This document shows, in pieces, positions 34,062-43,217 of a stretch of 43,217 nt of DNA. The DNA is from Peribolospora baueri (Eukaryota), in contig JAMDHS010000073.1 in the NCBI GenBank assembly GCA_029717555.1, positions 62,001 through 105,217 of the forward strand. Direction: 5' to 3'. Positions within the stretch are counted from its first letter, which is position 1, and each line of letters starts with the position of its first letter. The translations under genes and the position numbers were made by a program. A model generated the notes under the pieces. The model searched no databases. It had not been told where the DNA came from and saw only the letters and a program-made list of their open reading frames with translations.

Positions 34062-36297
34062 TCAAGCAGCGGCGGTGGTGATGGGAGCCGCCTTTCTTGT
34101 CTCCTCCGAGCCATGCGGTACGAGGATATCGGCGCGGGAGGGCCTGATCCGCGTAAGAGACTGGACGACGCGCTGGGCGATTTCGGGCCTGCTGAGGTCG
34201 GTCGGAGGTAGGCGGCCTTTGGCGATATCGTGGATCTGGAGGGCGGTTCGGGGCCGACGCGACCGGACCGAGGAAAGGGTTCGTCATGTCATGTCATGTC
34301 ATCAGCGCGCATTGCCCCGCCCGCCTCCGAAGGAAGGAAGGAAGGAAGGAAGGAAGGAAGGAAGGAAGGGCGTCTCACCTGACAGATGGCGGCAGGCGTC
34401 TGCAAGGGCGCCGGCACGAGGTTGGGCTTTGCCCCATCAGAACGGTTCTCCAGGAGCTCCTTGCAGAAGTAAGGTTCGGCGCACAAAGGGCGAGCGAGTC
34501 CGACGACGTCGGTCGAGTGCTCCGCCACGGCGCGCGCCATCGGGCCCTTGTGGCGGAAGCCGCCGGTGACGGTGAGCGTGGCCTGCGGGAGAGGTTCCGG
34601 TGGTCAGAGGGGACAAACGGGGTGGAGACGACGAGGGTGGGCCACTCACATGCTTCAGGTTGGGTCTGATCCTGTCGGCAAACTCGATGAAGAAGGCTTC
34701 CCTGCGCCTGGTGGACTCTTTCTTCACCTCGATGAACGCGCCCGCCTCGTACGTGCCACCGGAAAGCTCGATGAGGTCGACGCCGGCGCCTTCGAGACGG
34801 ATGCACATGGTGCGCGACTCGTTCGCGTCGAACCTGCGGACGGACGGAGCGAGTGGAGTGAGTGGGAACGCGAAGGAACCGGGGGAACGAAACCGCTGCA
34901 CGGCTCACCCGCCGTCGATAAAGTCTTGACTGTGAGCGAAAAAAGGAGGGGTCAACGATGGCAGGGGAAGAAGACGCGGTGCTCGCTCGCTAACTCACGA
35001 GTTGATCTTAATCGCGAGGATAAACTTCTTGTCCGGCACGCGCGCCTTGATGGCGTCGATAATCTCAAAGACGATCCGAGCGCGGTTCTCCAGCGGGCCT
35101 CCGTACTCGTCCTTTCGGTTGTTGACCCTCGGGGAGAGGAACTGGCTGAGGAGGTAGCCGTGCTGGATGTGGTGAGAAACGGAGGTGCCCGGTCAGCGTC
35201 CATCATCGACCCGGTGGACACTACGAAGCCAGGTGGAGGCACGCGTGCCGGCTCACGGCGCTATGAAGTTGTACGCCGTCGGCGCCGGCGTCGTAAAGCG
35301 CCCTCGCGGACCAAGCGAAGCGGTCGACGACGTCTTTGATCTCTTCCTTTGTCATCGGACGAGGCTGCGTAAGGGTTGACCATGGGTCAGTGCCAGGCCA
35401 CTCCGATATCACGCCCACGCCCACCTGCCCACCTTGGCAAACTTAAGAGAGAGGAAGGAAAAAAAAAAAAGCGGAGAGGAGGAGGTGAGCTCGTTCGCGT
35501 GAGACGGGACTGGAGACGTCCACAGACCTCCATACCCATAGCAGGCGGGCACTGGACATCGCCACTGGAGATCGGATAAGGCTGGACGTCCTTGGGTGCC
35601 TGTCTTCCAGCGTGCGTGAGCTGTCCGAGGAGGAGGCCGCCGAACCTGTGGGCCGCCTCGACGGTCAGCTTGTACTCCTGCGCAGGATCCCAGGGCATGT
35701 CGCGGTCTGCCGAGAGGAGAAGGAGACGGGATGAGCGTATGACAGGTCACGCGAATGCGAGTGCGTGTTTTCGGGCGCACCGATGCAGGCGTTGCGCCTC
35801 GCCTCGGCGTGTCGAACTGAAGGAGGGGGAACATGTCGACGTCCCGAGTCAACCGTGTCAAACAAGCCCGGCGCGCGGAGAGGAAGGAGACACTATGACA
35901 CTGACCGTCGACGGGCATGTTGCCCGTCACGAGCGTGATCCCGTTCTTGCCCCATTCCTCGTAAAGCCGACGATACTCTGGGGTGGGGTGGCCCTGGGAG
36001 GTCCACGACACGACACGACACGACGTCAGCGTTCCGAATCAACCGCTAGGGCCCTCCGTGCGAACGCGGGCTCACCCTCTCCTCCAACACCAAGTCGTCC
36101 CACGAGCAAAGGCGCTCAGTCATGGCGCTTTTTAGGAACCGGTTGGGCAGGCGCCGGCCAGAGTAGGTGAGGTCTTTGGGCTGGGCGAGGATCGCCCGAG
36201 GCGAGTCGAGCTCCTCGCCTTGTCCTTGCTCTTGTCCTTGTGCTTGTACTTGTTCTTGTGCTTGTCGCTTCTCTTGCTCTTCTCGTTCGGTAGGCAT
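34062..36297 (-). CDS. NADH:flavin oxidoreductase / old yellow enzyme family ene-reductase; 11 exons: 36297-36076, 35993-35906, 35816-35781, 35706-35528, 35441-35433, 35364-35257, 35162-34999, 34929-34909, 34833-34650, 34582-34379, 34235-34062
   Basis: [83 protein letters not shown] and GLARP, typical of the FMN TIM barrel. Confidence 0.93.
34329..34368. repeat. (GAAG)10 microsatellite in the last intron of the OYE gene
   Basis: Perfect tetramer run, next to a short (CATGT)n run near 34284-34302. Confidence 0.93.
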
Positions 36298-36973
36298 GAT
36301 TGATCTATTTGTGCGTGGTGCGATGCAACGTAGCAGAAGCTGGCGAGGATGCGGAACGGACGGTGTAAAACAGGCTCGACTCGGGGCGGGTGAAGGTAAG
36401 AGGTAAAACCTTACAAGTCAAAAAGTCGATTCGGGAGGCTCGAACTAACGGACGGAGGGACGGGCTCGCGAGTCATCCTCAGTCAGCGACTCGCAGGCTG
36501 CGAAGACGACCGGGTTACGAGGCCGAGGTGGAGATTGCTCATCAAGATCAAGGCCAGCGCGCGCGGGCGCTCGCGCAGATCTAGCGAAGCCCGCCCACGG
36601 CCTCCTTTACGGTCGCCTTCACAGCCGCCTTACACAGGCTTTACAGGCGGTGGAATAGGAAGATTGCGCGTCGTCGGACACGGAGTGCGACGAGGACGGC
36701 GATGGGATAGGAGCGAAGCGGGGAAGATTAGTCATCCGTCCGTCCATCCGTCCGTCCGGAGTGACAGACGCCGGGCGGCGGCGGCATCGATCGGCGTCTC
36801 GGTTCATGGTCGATCAGAATGCAAAACAACCCCGTCTCTCTCTCATCTTCGCGTTTGTAGCAAGCACTCCAGGAGTTCCTCCCACTACTACTGCTGCGAA
36901 CATCGATCGATTCGATTCGCCTCGACTTTCCATTCGGAAAAGGTCGACTCGGGGAGAAGAAAAAGAAGAAAAA

Positions 36974-36976
<3 letters not shown>

Positions 36977-37030
<54 letters not shown>

Positions 37031-37032
37031 AA
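36977..37032. repeat. (GAAA)14 microsatellite followed by degenerate TGGAC/TAGAC/GAATC pentamer repeats to about 37270
   Basis: Directly visible between the OYE start and the HSF-gene stop. Confidence 0.93.
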
Positions 37033-37565
37033 ACAAGAAGGAAAAGCAAGGAAAGAGCGAGGGAGCGAGGGAACATTGGCGAACATCGGCGAATGTGGAA
37101 GAAGAGAGGCCTGGATGAGCAAAGCAAAACGAAGCGACCGGTGTAAACTGACGGAGGGACGTGGACTGGGTGGACTGGACTGGAATAGACTGGATGGACT
37201 GCGTGGACTGGAACAAGATGGAATCGAATGTGATAGACTGGAACAAGACGGAACAAGATAGAATCGAATGAATACACGACAAAAAAAAACCGCACGCGGC
37301 GAACGGCGGCGGCGGCGTGTATGGCGCGCGCCGGAGGTGATATGACTGACGGATAGCGGAAGTGGCAGGCAGAATAGAATGACAAGGACCAAGAACAAGG
37401 ACAAGTGTTCGAAATGATACAGACAAAGGCACACGAACTGACGAACGGATGGATGGGTTGAGACGATGGAGTGGACAAAAAGATATGGATGAGGTGGAGA
37501 ATCGAGACGAGACGAAAACAAACCGAAGAGATGGACGGAAGAGACGGTTCGCCACTACGCCCCCT

Positions 37566-40500
37566 CTACGGTAGAGGAGACTCGGTGGCCCCGCCGGCGG
37601 GGGCAGAGGCGTGCGGATGCGAGTAAGCGTGTGCCGGTCGCGTGGGCGCCGAGGGAACGAGGACGGCCGCGATTGCGCTCCCGTTCCCCTTGGAGTTGCT
37701 CTTCCCATTCGGGGAGTAGGGACCGTTGACGTTGACCTTCCCCTCTCCCTCGTCGTCCGCCGCCCGCCCGCTGGCGCTGGCGCGCTTCGTCCGCTTCGAG
37801 CTCCGCGGCTTCATCGTGGCGATCAGCGCCTCGCGGCCTCTGCGGAAGCGCGGGTGGGCAAAGGTGCTGTACGCGCCTCCCATGGCGGCGGCGGAGGACG
37901 TGTTGGGAGGAGAGGTGGAGACCGTCGACGCGTCTACGCCGCCACCGCGGGCGGAGGGGACACGTTGGAAGCCGTAGAGCTAAGGAGGAAGGAAAGCGAG
38001 AATGCGGTGAGCAGCGACTCCACCGCAAGTCCAAACTCTTGGATAAAGCCCAAACTCTTGGCACCCACGTTCAACTGTCTGACAAAACTGGCAACGTTGG
38101 CGTGCTTGAACAACTTGGGCAGAATCTCGGAAGCAAAGCGCGTGGCAGCGTCACCATGGTGCATGACGAGCGCATCGCCGTTTTCGTTCCAGTGGACGAA
38201 GCGCGCATAAAGGGACGGGTTGAGCATGAGGCTGCGAAATGGGAGAGGGACGACGGTTAAGAACGAGGAAGCGACAACCAAAAAAAAAAAATACGATGAC
38301 GACCACCAGACTCACAACCAAAGCTTGCTGATAAAAGCACTACAATTGGCCGCTCCTCCCAGCCTGTCCCGAATTGCATTCACCTCGGCCGTCTCGTCGA
38401 GCGGCAGACGGAACTGCGCCTTGTCCTCGTCCTCCCGGTTCCCTTCTCCTCGCGGACCGTCGGCTCCCGCTCCCAGTCCCACTCGGGGGAGCAGCGCAAA
38501 GCCGGCGATCGCGGCCGCCGCGTCCAGTTCCGAACTGGCCGTCCCCGCGCCCGTGCCCATGCCCTTGGCGGCGTCGCCGACGGAGAGAGAAGAGCGTCTC
38601 CTCCGGGCGGCGTCTTCCATTTGTGCCCGGCCGTCCTCGGCTCCGGGCGAGCCCGAGTCAGAGTCGGAGGACGAGTAGTCGTGCGGGTAGGCACGTTCGT
38701 GCTGCGGGTGGGAATGACCGGCGAGGGCGTCGCCTCCGCCTCCGCTTCCGTATGAGGAGGAGAAAGGCGGACGCTGAGAAAGGAACGACGGCTGGCCTGC
38801 GGAGCGCGAATGTCGATGGCGCGCCGTGGACGTGCGGCCACCACCGTCAGCGCCGGCAACGTCGCCGCCGCCGCCGTCGTTCGCTATCGCCTTGGCACTA
38901 CCCGCTCCTCGGCTGGGACCGTCATGGGCGCTTCCCGGAGAGCTGGCATACTCGTAACTGTAAGGCGAGTAGGGGCTGTAGCTGGTGCCGGGAGGGATGA
39001 CCATCGCGCCGCCGGGCGCTTGGTGGTAGAGGGGATCGTAGCCGTGGGAGAGGGTGGAGAAGGGGGAGGAGTAGCTGCGCGGATAGACGTTGGGCCCGAC
39101 GTGTGAGCGGTAGGAGTAGGAGGAATACGTGGGCGCCGGGTACGGGAACGAGGGCGGCGATCCTCCGGAGCTGGAGAGGCGGCGCGGGCGGAGCGGGCCC
39201 GTGGTCGAGCCCGAAGCGGATGCGGAACCGGCGGAACTTGCGGGGCCGCGGTGAAGCCGGGGATGGTGGTGGTGGTGATGGTGATGGAAGCTGCTGGGCC
39301 GAGGCACGCCGACGGCGATGGGCGCGGCAAACGAAGTGTAGCCGCGAAGCCTGGCGCTGCCGCCGGCGGGGCCGTTGCCGAAGGAGCTCGGCTCGGAGAG
39401 CGGTTCGAGCTGAGGACTCCAGCTGCAGCTCGCCGAGCTCTGCCTGTCGTCGTTGTCGTTGTCGTCTTCCTCCTCGAGCCCCGCCCGCGCGCCGCTCAGA
39501 CCGAGTCCTCGGGGACCGGCATCGGACACGAGCGGCTCGTCGCCTATCATCATGCCGCCGTTGTCCTCCTCCTCGGTCTCGTCGGGATCGTCGAGCTCGG
39601 GTGCGCCGCGGGTGGCGAAGCCAAAGCCGGAAGTGCGCATGTCCGGGCTCGCCAGGCTGAGCTTTCCGAGCGTCTTGGCGGCCCAGCCGGGACTGGCGAC
39701 TGTGCCGGCGGCCGGGTCCAACGGGGGCTTGTGACGGCAAGGAGAGGAGGCGTGGTCGGAAGAGGTCGAGGCTGCGGCTGAGGCAGCCTCGGGGGCTCTA
39801 CTCCGACCGATGGTGTCCTGGCTTTCGGCCAAGGGTTCGTGGTCGTGGTCGTCGTCGAGGTCCATGTCGAGGTCCTCGCCGACCATAGCGCCCCTTCCGG
39901 CGACCATGTCCTCCTCCTCGGTCTCGTCTCCATCGACGTCTTCGTCGTCGGGCCGTCCACGGTCGTTGCTGGTGAGAAAGCCGACGTTGAAGGGGCTGCC
40001 GGTGAAGCTGTTGGCGACGCCGCCAGGGGTGCCGGCGAAGGAGGGGCCGACGTGCTGCCCTGCGGAGCCGAAGAGGGGGCTGGAGGAGGCGGCGGCGCTG
40101 CCGAAGCTGGAGAAGACGAGGGGGCCGGGGCTCTGGCTGAAGGAGTGGGGTGCGTGGGAGCGTGGAGAGCGCGAGTGGGAGGCGGACGCGGAGGAGGCGT
40201 AGGAACGGCCGTGGTTGGAACGGGGTCGGGCGTAGAGATGGTGGGCGGGGGAGATGGAGGCGACGGCGGTGGCGGTGGCGGCGGCGGCCGGGGGGGAGGC
40301 GGCACGGTAGGAAGGGGTGGGGGAGGAGGTGGAAGCGGACGAGACGGAGAAGGTGCCGCTGGTGATGGCGGCGGTGGTGGCCGGGGCGGGTGCGCGGGTC
40401 TTGGTGGGGATGGGGAGGGGCGCGTTGAGGGAGTAGTAGGGCGGCGAGAGGAGCGGGTTTGCGGGGAACTGGAGGAGTGAGAAAGGAAGGTGGTGAGCGA

Positions 40501-40713
40501 CGGCGGGCGAGGAGAAAGGGGCAAAGACAAGGCGACGACGATGCGCACCGGTTTGTGTTCTGCTTCGCGGTCGCGCTTGGCCTGGGCAGCGACGTCGACA
40601 TCGACGTGCACGGGCGTCCATCGATCGGGGCTGATGGTGCGGTGGACGTTGACGGGGGCGCGGCGCGGACGACGGTCGTCGGCGTCGACGGCCATCCTCG
40701 AGGCGTCGGTCAT
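37566..40713 (-). CDS. HSF-type winged-helix transcription factor with C-terminal DNA-binding domain; exons 40713-40549, 40468-38316, 38231-38069, 37979-37566
   Basis: SAFISKLW|FLMLNP...FVHWNENGD...FASEILPKLFKHANVASFVRQLN|LYGFQRV...FAHPRFRRG is an HSF DNA-binding domain. The first exon and start are inferred from phase-compatible GTGCGC..CAG splicing. Confidence 0.87.
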
Positions 40714-41659
40714 GGCCGACGGGGGAAGGCGGTTGGTATTCGAGCGGGGCAGTGGGGGTGGGAGGGTGGTGGGTGGCAGTGGCTGGGCCGAGGAGAGGAA
40801 GAAGAGGAAGATGGGCGGCGACGGTGGTGGTGGTGGAGAAGAAGAAGAAGAAAGGATGAGACGGCGAGCGAAGGTCGAAGGTCGCCGGGTGGAGGCACGG
40901 ACACGGGCACGGCAGCGGCGGCCGGGAGCGATTGGGCGAGGAGCGGGGCGGCAACGAGGGCGAGCACAAGGGAGATAGTGGTGGCTGCGGCGAGTCGTGG
41001 GTCGTCTGGGGCTGCGGTGAGGGGGAAGGATGGGAAATGGGAGATGAGAGATGAATATGAATGGAGGGAAGAGGGAAGAGGGAAGTGGGAAGTGGGAAGG
41101 ACGAAGGAAAGATGGAAGGATGAGCGGGGAATGGCGGCGATTCAGATATGGCCACGCGGCGATGACGACGATTGCGGTGACGGGCTGGACATGGACATTA
41201 CGACGCCGTCCCATGCCGGCCGGTGGAGTGACTGGACAGGCCAGGCCAGGCCAGGCCAGGCCATGCCATTCCACGCCAGCCCAAGACGGGCCCGGACTTG
41301 GACGGAGTCAGTCAGTCACACTGACTGACTCCCCACCCTTCCTCTCACCGCCACAGCCACTGCCACCACTATACCAACGACCCCTCTCCACACCCACATA
41401 CATCCGCCCATCTAGATCTAGCCGCCTCCCCTTGTCCACGTCAGCTGCGGCCGCCGCCGGATCACCCTTCGCCCGTCACTCGCCACGTGCTCATCCAACG
41501 CATACCGTCGCCCGGATATCCTCCGACGGTGTGTGCGACCCGCCGCTCTCGCTCCCACTAGCCTCCCTCGCCCCCCGCCAAACGCCGCCCTTTTCCCCGC
41601 CCTCGTTTCTCTCCATCTCTTCATGTAGCCAGCCGGCGTACGGCTCACGACACGTGCAA

Positions 41660-42200
41660 GGAAGAGATGAGATGAGACGAGACGAGACGACACGAGATGA
41701 GACGACACGAGACAAGAGGGGTTTGAACGAGCGAAATCAAGGACAGACATACTGACTACTTACTGACTTACAGACTGACTGACCGACTGGCTGACCGACT
41801 GACTGACTGACAGACGGACTCTTTCCTTCCAAGCACCGCTCCACTGGCCAAGCTCACATCGTATCGTCTCGCCTCGTTTCGTCTCGTCTCATATCATATC
41901 ATATCATCTCGTCTCATCTCTTCTCTTCTCATTCTCCCGTCCCATCCCATATCATATCGTATCAAACAGCCATCCATCTCGCGCACTTCTTCTTCTTCTT
42001 CGTCCGTTCATTTCGACACCGACGGCCTTCTTCAATTCAATTCACTTCAATTTGATTCGACTTCACTTCACTTCGATCCGGTCCACTTCACTTCACTTCA
42101 TCTTTCACATCTCTCGCCACTCCCGACGAAAATCATCCCGTCCATCCTCGAACACCGACCGACTGTGCGACGCGGCGTCTCGTCTCGTCTCCTCTCCTCT
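41660..42200. repeat. Compound microsatellite field: (GAGAY)n, (GACT)n, (TCGTC)n, (ATATC)n, (AATTC)n, (CACTT)n
   Basis: Successive short tetramer and pentamer arrays upstream of the HSF gene. Confidence 0.85.
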
Positions 42201-42641
42201 CGTTCCCCTTCAATAGACACGGCCGGCCAGCTCAGTACGCCTTGCGTTTCGCCCCTCGTACCGCAGGCGCTACCGTACTGGCACCGGTCTCAGGATTGAA
42301 TCTGGGAAACACAATCCATCCATTTAGGCCAGCAAAATGCTCTTTTTACTTTTGGGTCAGTCTGGCTATTGAACCATCCTAGAAGGTATATGGACCGGCA
42401 GGATGCATGATAACCGGCGGCGCATGTACGTTCTGTGCTGTGCTGTGCTGTACTGTATTGTTCTCTAACCACCATCACCTCGTCTCGCCATCGTCGCTTC
42501 CTCCCATCTTGTCTCGATTCTACGCTCAACAGCCGACCGACCCATCGGTCTCGGTCCAACTTCAGCCAGCTAGCCACCTAACGTACGGCTCCCTACATCC
42601 ATCTCCCCGCCCCACACTCGATCAAACGCCCCACCGACTGC

Positions 42642-43155
42642 CTACTCCTTTGTGCGCCCCGCCGCCGCACCGCCTTCCGCCTTGCCCCTCTCCTCCGCCG
42701 CCCCATCTCCATTCCGCTCGATCAAGCCCAGGCTCAGGATTCCCCCCGTGGCCGCCAGCTCGCCCCGCTCGCGCGCTTCCTTGGCTTCGCGCTTGGCGCG
42801 CTCGATGTAGTGCGCTTTGATCGTCTTTGCGCGCGCGATCTAGACAGCAGGAGAAGAGAGTCATGTCAGTCAACGACCCACCTCCCATCCACGCACCGCA
42901 CCCCCACGCTCACCTCCTTCGTATGGTGCAGACACTCCATGTAGTCCTCCTTCTGAGCGATACAGTCCTCCGGCTTATCCGCCGAGGCGTAGCACTTCTG
43001 GAACTCTTGCCAGAACGGGAAGCAGCGCGTCCGACCTGGTGCCAAAAGAAAAGAAAAACGGAACGATGCAAAGGACCGTCAGTCAGATCGCGAAAACCAA
43101 AGGCCAGCCAGCCAACGGACTCTGCGCACTCACCGCCGCTGTAGCCGAACCCAGA
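42642..43155 (-). CDS. NDUFS5: Complex I accessory subunit NDUFS5-like (twin CX9C), 5'-partial; exons 43155-43134, 43035-42914, 42839-42642; the first coding exon is beyond the window
   Basis: SGFGYSG|GRTRCFPFWQEFQKCYASADKPEDCIAQKEDYMECLHHTKE|IARAKTIK, with two CX9C motifs and DYxECLHHxKE. It is absent from the ORF track. Confidence 0.9.
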
Positions 43156-43217
43156 CTGTGTGCGTTGCCCAGGGAAAAGAAATGAAAAAAAAAAAAAAAA
43201 AAAAAAAAGAAAAGAAA

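Noticed and set aside
36535..37521. Lys/Glu/Arg-rich and Phe/Leu/Ser-rich ORFs
   Set aside because: Translations of the (GAAA)n and pentamer microsatellites.
43185..43217. Poly(A) run as a retroelement tail
   Set aside because: It is better explained as the poly-U tract of the NDUFS5 intron on the minus strand; no element body or target-site duplication is visible.
1..43217. CRISPR arrays, transposons, tRNA/rRNA, telomeric repeats
   Set aside because: No repeat-spacer structure, transposase/RT motifs, cloverleaf, rRNA-like sequence or TTAGGG arrays were recognised by eye. A covariance-model search was not possible.

Overview
GC-rich, intron-rich, microsatellite-rich fungal genomic DNA. It is probably a basidiomycete (Ustilaginomycotina-like), which is an inference from gene structure and protein style. 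I reconstructed 12 protein-coding genes by hand from GT..AG boundaries and conserved motifs: 5-hydroxyisourate hydrolase (-), UapA-like uric acid/xanthine permease (+), Met8 (-), Cho1 (+), Cox18 (-), Dib1 (+), a very large Sec7-PH Arf-GEF (-), ER glucosidase I (+), Set9 (+), an old-yellow-enzyme reductase (-), a transcription factor with a C-terminal HSF domain (-), and NDUFS5 (-, 5' end outside the window). No transposon, CRISPR array, rRNA or tRNA was recognised. The most interesting features are: (1) a head-to-head urate uptake/catabolism pair whose shared spacer is dense in GATA sites and CGG inverted repeats; (2) an apparent -1 frameshift in the otherwise intact permease; (3) micro-exons, namely a YRGS-stop exon, a 9-nt FAK exon and a stop-only exon; (4) a Set9 tail with three AT-hooks and a thrice-repeated LxxxWG...GRxRR motif that I do not recognise. 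I see no convincing wholly new system; most of the window is housekeeping.
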